Positions 24,301 to 37,100 of a stretch of DNA of 64,000 nucleotides are shown piece after piece. The notes beneath the pieces were generated by a model. That model was not told where the DNA came from and did not search any database. It saw only the letters and a list, made by a program, of their open reading frames with translations. Every line of letters starts with the position of its first letter. Positions within the stretch are counted from its first letter, which is position 1. A program made the translations under genes and the position numbers. Source of the DNA: Phoronis australis (taxonomy: Eukaryota > Animalia > Phoronida); assembly GCA_002633005.1 (NCBI GenBank), contig NMRA01000316.1, positions 263,063-327,062 of the forward strand. The letters run 5' to 3'.

Positions 24301-26614
24301 TAAAGACACAAAGTGACGGATCAGCGAAGGCGAGTTTTGTTCTAAAACGTGACATAATGACTTACATTACGGGTATTGATCATGTAACTTTAATATCCAG
24401 CAGACACCACGCGTGGAATTCTACTGCATCTTACTTAAAACACTGACAAGAAAATACTAATTTTCAAGGACAAACAACATCTAAAATCTAGTAATATAAT
24501 TTCGATTTTTGAACAGCAAATACCACTACTATAAATTATAGTAAAACATCAAAAATGAAACACTTTATTTCATTATTAAGAGAGTAGCAATCAAAATATT
24601 CAGGTGATTAGTAATGACGAGCAGGCAATGTTACTGTCTTCCAATTAGGTGATATTTTTGTTCAGTTTATTTATTAAATCGATAGGTGTCGACGTATGTA
24701 GTAAAAACTAATAATACTTTCGACAAAGCGTTTTTGCAGAAAAGAAATCCACAAAAATGGTAATTAGATTGCCAAGCAGAATAGAAAGGGGTTGGCAATA
24801 TTCCCATACATGGTAAATTCCTTGGGGGATAAGAAGACATTTTACTCCGTTTGAAAGTTTGATGTAATTAATGGGAGTACTCTTGTCATGGCAATAAAAA
24901 ATCCACCGTTGGACATGCCGCAAATCGCTGAATATAATGAAGTCACGGGATCGAGACGTCTCATGAAAATCTTGGCAAGAGTCCAAAATAGAATTGTCTT
25001 ATCAATCGCTCCTCGTGTTCCCGTTCATGTTTAGACATAGTGTGTTTTATAGATTTCACACGATTAAGAAATGGAGATTCATAGAGCGATATGCCATTCG
25101 TAGTTTCACACATAAAGTAGTTGTCATAATGCATTTAAAAATGCATTTTGCCCTCACACTACGACATGTTGATAGGAAAATATAGTTGTGTAAATAAAAT
25201 TAATTAATTTTCTTACCAACAACTCAAAGTGTCCTCAGTTCAAAAAACGTCTCTGGATCCAGACCAAGCACGTTCAGTTGACGGCACGTAAGAACGCACG
25301 CCGTGATATTCCGTGACCCCAGATAAGTTTGAATGACCCTTTGAAATTCTAATTTGTACACAAACAAATTACTTAACCTATATACTCTGACACAAGCCTG
25401 TTGATTTACTACAACTTATAAAGAGACGACAGCGAAATCAAGGCAAAAAGAGCTTGTCAAACTGTAAAACGGGCGACAGTCAAGGACAAAACCTGCTCGA
25501 CAAATTCCACCGTGATGAAAATTATGATAAAAATATAAAAAAGAACCAAAATACAGAGCATCAACAACGTATACAAGGGATATTTCATCTGAAAGCAATA
25601 AACCAGGAGCTTAATCGTGATTTTTTATCGAAACCGGTGGAATCCTGATTGAAAAAGACATCTCGATAAGCGGACATCAACCTCTGGAAGCCTCTCTCTA
25701 ATTACATTACATAAATAAACATGAGTTCTGGATAGCAAAAAATTGACACCAGTGTGTTAAAAAAGGAAGTGACAAACTTGTATACAATTAGACCTTGATG
25801 GAAAAAATTGTTTGAAATGGAAAGCGAGGTAGAAAGTGAAAGAAACTTGATTCATTCTCGGATCGGGCAAGCAAAATCGAACTCAATATGGGAATATTCA
25901 TGAAGTAAGGAATAATTATTCTCAATATTTAGAGAACGGATAAACCTATCGAATTCAACCCTCGCCGACCATTTAGAGCAAGTGCCAATCAAAATAAGCT
26001 GATAAAATTCTCTTCACAGTGAGCGACCATTTTTAAACGATGAACTCAAATTAGGCACATGACGGTACTGACAACTTGATAAACGTAACGCCGGTAACGC
26101 GATTTCACCGACAGTCTAGGGTTAATGGCGTTCCAAACAACCTCCAATTGTTCAACGAAATTGAGATTACAGATGACAACAATGAAACACCTATATACTA
26201 GAGACATCAACCTATACAAACCTCGTTAGTTTGAACCATATCGTGCAACATTCGTGCAGTAATTTGGAGACGAAGTAGTGCACATCATCCAGACGAATTA
26301 GGTCGCCATTTTGAATTTATCTGAATTTTCAATCGTATATGTGTCAGCATTCGAACATGTATTGGCTCAAAAAGACACAGTCTCATCAGAGTAGCTTGAT
26401 TATCTTACGAATTCAAACCCTATGCATGACATAGAAGCTACTGTACCTGAAACTGGGCCTTAATCCACGAAGATTTAGCCAAAATCAGCGAGTATTTCTC
26501 CAGAGCGATATATTATTTTCTGCTTCGACCGACAAGACGTATCAGCTTACAGCCAGTCACGTGACCGCATAGCTGAATCCTTTGTTGCAACTATTTATAC
26601 GACTGCCCATTTTC

Positions 26615-26638
26615 TGTGTGTGTGTGTGTGTGTGCGTG
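26615..26638. repeat. (TG)n microsatellite
   Basis: tgtgtgtgtgtgtgtgtgtgcgtg. Confidence 0.8.
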
Positions 26639-29600
26639 TCGTCAGCAAAGCGTTGTATTTTAACAGTTTATGCTTCACAGGAATGCAACCGATATCAGGC
26701 AAATATGGCAAGGTCAAAACATTATTCAAGCCCTCGTTACGTGAGTGTGTATGCCAAAAGTCGTGTTCGATTTATCGGCGTGAGCTAATCAACGCGGCAT
26801 ATCGGAACGGCGGGATCTGGCCGCACGTTTATTAGATTCAACTGAATGCAAAATTTTCTACTTGAATGATTTTCAATTCAGTATTATATTTATTTAATAT
26901 GCTATGTGTTGGATTATAGTTTATAACGCGATAAAGTAAAAGAGTACGCAATATTACCAGCGAACTCGTCCGCGTTTCTCCTGTTATATTCGAAAATATG
27001 TACAGCGTATGGAACCAGCCAAGAAAGTCAAAATATGTGCATTTGAAATTGCTTGACCTTTTCAAGTTTTGACTGGGTTGTGAGATAATTTAAGTTGTCA
27101 GTCGGCTACACCGTATATTTTACAAATAGCCTAGCGAGTGTGTGTAAACAAACGTTCATTGTCAACAGTGACCTGTATGTCACTTGACGTAATAAAAGAA
27201 TGGTTCGACTGTTAAAGCTGCATTGGGTTCTAAACAAGGCGCAAGAGACAACGGAACAGAACCCGCAAACTTTACGGTAACGATCGGTCTTATCAATGTC
27301 GTCGCAGAAACTTTCATGTATTTTCAGATGCGTTCCAATTGTGCAGAATATACTGTTTTTCCTAATACAATTGAGTTTTGAACGTGCTAAGTCTATATCA
27401 TGCCGCGGAGTAGTTAACAGGCTTACAATTTTTTTTGCTTGACTGTTGAATGATTTTATGCCAGAAGAGACACGTTATCTTTTTCGAACTTTTTCACGTG
27501 CCGTTTAATTGAATAAATAATTAATTAAAAGGAAATGGCTTTGTCCCCGATTATACGATAAAATGCAGAGGTTTGCTTAGGCGAGTGATGTGGATAAACT
27601 TTTGTCGGTTAATTAATTAATAATTAATATGAGTTGTGATAATAACTAATTGATACACTAGCAATGTTTACGCTGTTAAGATACATTTTTATGATCATGG
27701 GAAATTAAGCATGAATGTCTTTATTTTTTTATTGATTCGTTGACATATGCCGAACGCTATATGGTTATTTTCATGAAGGAGGAGCATTTCCGAAAGTTTT
27801 CTAAGTAGAGTTAGATCTAAGATTAACCAAACTTTTAAATTAATTTGATTTGTTCGGGTAGGCTTTTGTTATAGTTGCGCTCGTGTGGCGCTGGTAGTTT
27901 GATTAATTAATTTTAGTGCATTTCGTTTTTAAAATTTTTCAGTTTGAAACACTGCACTTATTCACTCGTCAGGCATAAAGCAGAGCTAGGTGTGGGGTAA
28001 GCATTCTAGAAAATGCGATGATTATGAATCTAGAATTACGGAACCTCACTCAAATATTTTCCCGATATTTCTGAGCCGCATGCTTGTTTCTCTGACAATA
28101 TCCATCATCTAATTCTACTAGAAACGCAATCCATGTTATTTAATCTAGGCAAGGCGACAATAGTATATCCAGAAAATAAGGTCATTTCATGTTTTACATC
28201 TTTAAAGCATTTTCAAAAAATATCATTAAAATAATCACGGTCGCTCCTTAAATATTAAACGTGACTTCAATCTTCAAATTCCCGCCTAATTACGTTTCCA
28301 CTTCTTTTTACTTGTCACTCGCTGTACATCCAAAAACCAAAACCCAAAAATTAACTTAGTGAACATATAAAACGTAAACAATCAAGTGTTTTAACCCGGG
28401 TGTTTATGAAGGCATGAACTCTCAAATATGTCACGTTCCCAACGGGGATGGTTAGACTGCTCGTCACACGGTTCAGCATCACAACGGGGTCAGAATTAAC
28501 AAACATGTTGTCGTGTTTGACGGAGCGAACGTAAACAAAAACATCGAAATTTCCGTTGCTACTTGCGGACTAATTCGTGATAAGGCTGCAGATTTTTGTT
28601 TGGGAATCTTAGGGTACATTGTTGGCGAGAAAAGCAATTTATAAAACCAGCCTTAGATCGTATTCGAACCTAGTCGCAGCCTAACGCGTAGCCAAATCCC
28701 ACTCGATAAATTAGTACGCTTAAAAGTGTATTGACTTAAAGGACAGAAAGTGTCTCGCCTTGATTTAAGCAAAAGTGTGACAGATAACGGCCAGGTGTGT
28801 TCATTTGTAAAATCATAAAAAACAACAGATTCGGTTTTTGTAGCCCTCGTCAAAGCTAATAACTTCAAGAAGCCTATCCCATCCGAAAACAGCTAATCCT
28901 AAAAATGCGTTTTTCGGCCGTAATGTCGACGTCATTGGGATTCTGTGAAGAAATTGGGTGAAACTGGCTTAAAATACCCATTATAAGAAATTAAAGACAA
29001 CGATAATTCTTATGGGAAAACAAATGAAGCGTTTGGTGTATTTTTTACAAATTGTGAAGAAATGATTTCCAAATCAGTACCCAAAGTAATTTGTTTGTGA
29101 ATTATATCTTTGTGAAAGCTGAGGCTTTCATAGAACAAAAATAGCATTTGATTATTTTACTTTAAATACCACATATCAAGAATGTGGTGAAATTTTATTT
29201 GACGTTATTTCGACACTACGATATATTTAGTTCTTTACTTCAGATTTTAAATGACCACGTGACAACGCACCAAAATTACGAATATATTTTTCTTATAATT
29301 AATTAGCTACAGAGTAGAATTTGTTTCTGTAACCAATTTTGCCATCGATTATTGGTTTCACTCCAGCATTTGTTTTTCACCTGCGAAAAATAGCCGTCAT
29401 GAAGTTATTGAAGTCGTCCTTACAACAATGGCAGAATTCAAGTGTCATTTAATGAGAAATCGTCATAACGTTCTGTAACCACGAACACATACCGTTGACT
29501 CCAAGCTTAAATACAATGTACATATACGGATCCCGGGATAGGAACGTGAAGGTTTTTCTGCTGTAAATCCAAGGTGAAAGCATTTATCAAACCAGGTCGT

Positions 29601-30821
29601 GTCCCGCATTCAAGACCATAACAGTTATTGCCTGTTGCATTACAGGTGAAGCACATTGTCTCAAAAGCGTTTGTCGCGTGAGTCTTGCGCCTACGAAACG
29701 CAGCTCTGGGCAATCTTCACGAAGGAAACGCGCTTTTTGTGGCATCGTACACCGATGGTCTTCAACATGTACGTTTGAGTGAATTTTTACTTAACATACC
29801 TTAGTCTTATTTGTCATCCATACTTCAGTTTGCATTCCCGTCGGTCTGTCTGTCTGTCTGTCTGTTAATGTGTTTTACCATATTATATTCTGATTATTCT
29901 ATATTTGTTCAGTCGATGTTAAACAATCGGTCAATCGATTTATCAATCAACGGTACAATTTTGGTTCTGTAGAGACCGTCTCAAACTCACAGCCTGTTAT
30001 TCAAGATTATATGCATGCTTTTTATATAACGATTTCTTTTTTTCTTTTGCTAATTGGTCCTTGTTCTTTAACCACATTTGACTGTCGAATTATACGTCTA
30101 AAATATTAAAATTTAATTTGATGTGTACAATTTCATTCTAGATTTGTGAAAGGTAGGTGCGCGTGGGAGGAGTTTGAATGTGATTTGAGACTTGTCATTG
30201 TTAAAAACTAAAATTTTCAGGAAGCGGAAATCACTTCACCATTAATTAAATTTCGAGAGTTATTTCCCATTTGCTGAAAACACAACTGAAAACATGCAAA
30301 AATGTGAATGTTATTGGAAAATATGCTAAATATACTACGAGAGCAGAGGAAAGATGTCAGATTTTACTAAAAAAATCTCCAATAAATTTGAAACGAAAAT
30401 ATTTTTATTATGTTCTTGGAGCCTAATGCTACGTATATACGTTGAGCGTGGAGTCAGTAGCCTGTTAATAACTTTGAAAGAAAATTGCATTTTAAGTCTG
30501 GTAAGCACGCAACCTGTGGCCAAATCACGTGGACTAATGAACTCTGAAGAAACAGAATTTAAACGCCGGTTTATGAATCACATATCCAGAGAACATTGTT
30601 AACGAGTGCACCCCGCTGATTCTAAGATCACTGCCGAGGTCAAGGCCTAATTACGAGCATGTAAGGAAGAAACAATTAATAGTACATTTTCAAAAGAGTG
30701 AACAACATGATAGATTTCAATTCTTGTTTATTAGGTTTTCAGACGTTGCGTCGCGAATTTGGACACTGCGCCGTCTTGCTTGATCTGGAAATCAACCGGC
30801 AAGTAAGAGTGAAAGAGTTTA

Positions 30822-31111
30822 TTAATGGAACGATTCCAGTTCTATACTGGTTTCATTGAAATGTTTATCGATTTTACGCGTCATATTTCGAATTTCAAGA
30901 GTTTTGTTGCAAGGGAAGTAGTCCTTGCTCAAGCAGTTGTCCTTGGAGACGTCGCTGGTTGACGCAACTTCAAGATAGTCAGTGGTATCTTCTTGAGGAT
31001 TGTACCTTATGCCCTCGGGCGGTTTACCACAATGGTCGACGTTTGCGTCAACGAGTCGCACGTGACGTTCACTCTCTGTCTGTGTGGCTGCATTAATTTT
31101 GGGAACGTCAC
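30822..31111 (-). CDS. MARCH-like terminal coding exon (cytoplasmic tail)
   Basis: Acceptor gttttacag, phase 1; (G)DVPKINAATQTESERH...ETSIELESFH*; polyA signal about 90 nt downstream. Confidence 0.8.
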
Positions 31112-34100
31112 CTGTAAAACACGAATGAAACACTTGACTATTTAATGGAAAACGTCTGCATAAACAGAAATAATCTGCAGACCCGATATGTTTAACATTT
31201 TTTACGATAACTTTTTGAATCTTTTCATGGACGGGTTTATCTTGAAGTGAAATTTTAGTGTAGAACAACGAGTGGTCAGTTAGTTGATTATTGTTTCACC
31301 TGGGAATTTCGAGTTTGTTATCATTGGAGAAACCCCCCTCGAGCAACATGGATCTCCCTCGGTCCATGTGACCTAGTATCACACTTGGGGTCGGTCCACA
31401 TACTTCCGCCCTCTAATTGCCTTATACATTGTGCCATAACTTCTGGTCCTAGCATTAACCAAGCGGATGACCATGGGACATTTGCCTAACAGTGCGCAGT
31501 CGGCTTCGTGTAAGCCGAAAACACACTCAAATTACTGAGTGTGTTGAATTCCTTATTTGGGAAGGCACGTGAGTTGACTAGTCTGATATAGGTATCTTTA
31601 CTTACACAATTGAAAACGAGCAGTGCTGCCCGAGGTCTTCGGCCTCATGGCAGCATTGCCCTCTCTCGGTCCATAGGATCTGGTATCACCCACGGGCATG
31701 GTGCTTATTTGTATAATCACACGTTAACGAATCACAAATTTGCCCGGGAGAGACTACGTTGCATTCAGTATTCGAACTTCAACAAATAGATGTGCTGGCA
31801 CCTCTGGACCAGTTAGTCCGAAAATTTACTCGCTCGCACGATCATTTCCTCACCGCGATGGATTCCATTTTAGCTACCACATAGGCGATGTGTACATCCA
31901 CTGTTTTCGAATTCCCAATTTTAGGGTTGAGGGCCAACACCAATAAGCTCTGGGGTGCTTTATTGATTCCCTGGTGATTACGGTGATCTTATTGGTAACA
32001 GAAATAGAATCCCGTGACAGTGAGCAATGTTATTTAATTCTTGGTTTTTAGCCACTAGTTCAACAGGGTGAAATGCAGCTTTACTTTATGAAGAGTGATC
32101 ACGTGATCAGTGGTAGGTGTCTGGGTTTGTCATTGTTCTCTGTGTATTCTTCAATAAATATCAGTCACCTTAAAAATAGCAGGTGTCTAACAATACCTGA
32201 TTTCTTCACATATCGTGTTCCTGGCACGTATTCCAATAAGACTACTTGCTCATTACGACGTCTCCAATTTTGATGCAGTGGCATTACTACAAACCAAAAT
32301 TCCAGGCCAGCTATTAACACGCACAGGAGGTCCAGCGGCAGGTATATCGCAACCATCACGCCACCTAACGAGTAACCAAAATGGAAACCTGTGACACGAA
32401 AGCGGCCGACTGATACCAAATTTTCAACATAGTGTAATTCTGGTGGAAGCATTAAGCCCCCAAAGCCCCAATCCTCCCCACCGGCATCGGTTTGAAATTT
32501 GAGCGAAACCTTTCATTTTCTGGAACTGAAAAATAATCAATATCGGCCAAACCCATGCTACCAATGGCCAGCCTCCCGTTCGGTAACGCTAGGACCTCGC
32601 TAAAAAGCAAGACTTCGCGAAATTACGTGAGATATTGCCGTGTATTTCAAATGAGAACACGTGACTTTGACTAGATTTTAGCTAGGTCCTAGCGTAGGTC
32701 CTAGCGTCACGTACGCCAGGCATTCGCGTAACTCTTGGCTAACGCCATTTTAATTATCGATGCTTCATATTTGCGTTGGTGCTCAGGCGCTAAATAAGTA
32801 ATCGACTCACCTTGGTCGTTCATTATCTGTTGAAATCGTAGACCTCTAGTGACAACAACACGTGACCACACTAACCAGGAGACAGAAAGAACGAGGAAAA
32901 CCACACAGAGGAGAAATAGCGTCAGATGCATAGCCAAGTTGCAGTTAATGTGCGGACACTTCCACTGTAGAAAAAAAAAATAAATGAGGCGATACGATAG
33001 ACTAACGTACAACAAGCCGATAACTGACAGAAGATGCAATTACACAATGCTCCGATGCAAGATGAACGGCGCCACATTCCAATCTGGATGAGTTGGTGAT
33101 TTCCCATTAAAACGGGAAGAAGGCATGTATAAAAACACTTCCACTGCGAACTGAGAATGTGCGTGTCTGTTGTAGGTGAATAAACCGAACAACCGAGAGA
33201 AGTGCCAATGAAATGAATATAAAGGACGTCTCTGTCCAACTGCAGGACGGTAGACACGCCAACGTAGTGAAAGTACAGAAAACGTCGACAGGAGACGTGG
33301 GTAAAACTTTGAGACAAAAAAGAGCAGTGATAAGATCTCTGACAAAGCGCAAAACGATGAAGCGTAACGTATGTGTATGTTTTCTCAAAATTCCCGAACC
33401 AGTGTCCTTACATGTTTATTTTGCATGACTTATTGTTCGTTAAGCCTGCTAGGTGTATTTATGTTTGCGAGCGGTATGCATTACTGAAACAGTGTTACCT
33501 GAGGTGGCTCAATGGTTTACTGAATTATACGAAAACCATTAAGCTCGCAGGTTTTGAATTTTAAACTTGTGTTTATAACACTTGATATTGTGGTCATATG
33601 ATTCTGAACACACATCTTTAGCGTGACAATATCGGTGTCCGAGGTTATGTCTTACATCTAACACTAAAATGGGTAACGCGATACCCTTATACATTTCGAC
33701 TCCCGACCGAAGCATTATTAGAGGACCATGGGTAACCGGAAAACAAGTACACTCGAGAGAATACTAAGTGAAAAAACATGATCAGATACAATAGGGCAAT
33801 ATCAATTTCCAGTTGAGACGACTATGTCATAGACGAAACAAAACTAAAAAAACAACCACCCGACGTGATAGACAATCTTACAGGGCTAATATACACATGA
33901 AAGTAGTCAGCACGCCACGACTCCTTAGGAAGCCCGGCTTAGCCAATCAGTATTGGAATGACTTGTTACGTTCTTGCTGTCTTTTTGGGCTTAAAGGTGC
34001 TTAGTCTCATTAACCTGTGAATACGCAAATGAAGTAGTTATTTACAACCAGTTCCTGGTCCTCCAGCGTGCCGGAATCCATCCAGAACCATTTCAATCTC

Positions 34101-37100
34101 AAGAAAGTCTCGTTTTACGAGACTATTTTTATGCAAATGAATATCGTAATATTTCATGATTACTTTAATGAAACAAGGCGCAGTTTTTATTACTTGTTTA
34201 TTTCAATAGCAAATAACGATTACGTAATACATGTATTTGGGATTACCTGCGTTTTTTACATGTTTACGCTTGATTTAAGGGTATTAGTTGTAGTGTTTTT
34301 AACCGCAAATTATTTACAAATTGTTACTTTCCCTGATTATACTTGTACACACAGTTCTCCAGAAAGTCATCAGGTGGCGATTGCGACAAATTTAAACATT
34401 TACGGTTTTAATGAGATATCTCATATTTAATCTTCTGACACTCACCTTGTGGGCTAAATACCCACCGGCAACGAGTGATGAGATTCATGCCAACACTGTA
34501 ACATCATGTATTACCATATACATGTACATGCGCGCGTATTGCGCCAATATTAGAAGCTGCGCCTAAACTCGGAATTATGCGCCCGCGCTTGTACCCCAGC
34601 CATTTGAGTAAACCCATTTTTACAAGTGAGCGGCTCCGGATGTAAGTGAACCACATTTGATTAAAAAATATTCTCAAATATTTTCTGCTCGTGGAATGTT
34701 GTGAAAAATCTTGCGATTGACATAGGCGCTCGTAATAAACCTAGACGTACTGAATGTACGTGAATTTAGTTTAGCCACCTGATTTTAAAACCTAAAGCCT
34801 ACTTGAATGTCTATTATTTTTGCGATGGTTAACTAAGTGTTTGAATGTATTACAGTTTAACGTCGTGTGGGTCCTTCCGCACTAACCTATTCGTTCAGCC
34901 AAACATCTACAAAATTGCAAAATCTAACTCGGTAAAAGTATGTGTTTTCTGAAAGTAGAAAGCTGTAAAGATTGATTTAACTGAGGATGCAAATCTGTCA
35001 TTGGTAGAGACACGTGACCGTTTGTGTTTAGCAAAATTTAGCGACAAAAAGGCGAAAAGCACATTCAAACCATAGCAATGGTATCAATAACTTGACCTAA
35101 TCCTACTTGACATTTAAAGTTTAAGATGAAATCTCAAAAACACTGTTAGAGTTTTCTAAACCAGAGACCCGTTCCAGCAAAACTGACTTAGCTAAGACAA
35201 ATCTTAATTTTTAGTAAATTTTAAAATAAAAGTTAAATTTGTCTCAAACCAATTCAAGAAAGAGATCTAAAGTTTAACTTAAGTGTTTGACATTAATTTT
35301 GTCTCGGTTTTGAATAACTTATCGACTGTGGAAGTTTCAAAGTTTGCAAGTTAAGGCAAATATTAAACTTAAGTCAAAAATGAACTTCAGTCAGTTTCTT
35401 GGAACAGGCCCCAGCTTTTCGTTTTCATTTTCTGCATTTGTAGAGATTTTCCTTAAAATATAAAAATCCTATATATGATATCCCCCGTCCAATTTGGGTC
35501 TTTTTAAAACATTTTTTTTTTTCCTAACAACGTTTTAGAGAACAGTGTATTAAGAATAGCGTCTGAAGGTTCCATGTGAATCCTAGCGGTCATTTCTGAG
35601 ATACGTGTACGATGTTCCAAAGTTCAGAAAATTTGGACATTTGTCTAGTGCCCCTACTAAACCTCAATTTCTGTCCAAGCATCGCCTCCCTCTATTCAAG
35701 TCTGGTTCAATAAGGGGTTCATGATCCTTTACATACACGAAGACATTGAAACCTATTTTGCAACAGTTAAACACTAAACCGGACTGTATGACAATACGTG
35801 TAGCGGGCACAAGTAGGGGCCCGGGGGGGGCGAAGACGGGACGACGGCCCCGGGCATCCACACCGTGAGGAGAGCATCCAGTCACTATAGATTTTGAAAT
35901 TGTGACTGATTTGTAGTCGATTAAATAAAGTTTCTAGTTATAGTGTTTCGTCTTTTTTTTACTTTTCTTAGTTCTGGGATCCATGCATTTGAGTACAGAG
36001 AGACTGTCGGCCAATAAAAAATCGCCCCGGGCATCACCAAACCTCTGCACGCCATTGTTGTAAGACATGTAATACTTACTACATGTACTTATTTACGAGT
36101 GAGCCTAACAGAATTTCTTTCCGATGTGTTGTAACACAGGACATGCGCTGTCAAACCTAATTGCGTAAATATGTTTCGCATATATACATGCAACGCGCCT
36201 TGGTCGCCTGGGTAATAAGACTAGAACATGATTTAGCTTACAACTGTACATGTATGATTGGTCATAAAATTAACGTCGGCTGGGTAATTTAGAACAAAGG
36301 CTGGCCCTGCCAGATTGGTCCCTTCTTCACAATTCTACCCAAGTTTATAGCTGCCCGCTGACGGTAACGCTGTTTAGTATTCTCACTGGTGCAAACCTTA
36401 TCCTACATACGGTTGGGCACTTGTCTTCGTAAAGCATACCGGATATGTGAAATAATTCTTCATGTACAGAATACATGTACCTATACAACATGGGCGGCGT
36501 ACCATCATATAGCAGGCTGGGGGAGGCATTTTTTTCAGTGCTCCGCCGCCCACGGTCTATGGGTGGTGCATCACAGGCCGGGGGCTGGGGGGGGGGCTAT
36601 AGTCCCACCACTTTTTTCAGTGCTGCGCCGCCCAAACAAACGCTGCTGTCTGTACTCTCTACAGCCTTTCCGAAATACTAAAGTACCGACACCTACATGT
36701 ATCAGCTAGTCAACCCGAGTTTAACTTTCCAAATACGGAAGTCAATTCTGTCAGGAACTGATTGTATTTTTGGCTCTCATGAAACAGACTGCGTGCGCGC
36801 TGGGGGCCAGAACGAGGCTAAATGGAGTCCAGCAAGAAGTTTGTGCGAGCAACATGTCTTTAATTCCAGTCAGGTGTTACAATTGTGTACGCTTTTTGTA
36901 AGCCTATGCTTTACTACATAACATGCGAAGCCATGATGTCAAATGCCAAAATATGATACCCAGCATCAGGACTTTATATGAACATGTGGACACGTGCAGA
37001 TGTCTTACGAAGCTAGTAAATTAGTACTGCATGGGTTGTCCAGTGCGCTCGAACCACGATCAAAATCAGATAAACGTGACTAAGAGGTCAATGACAAATG

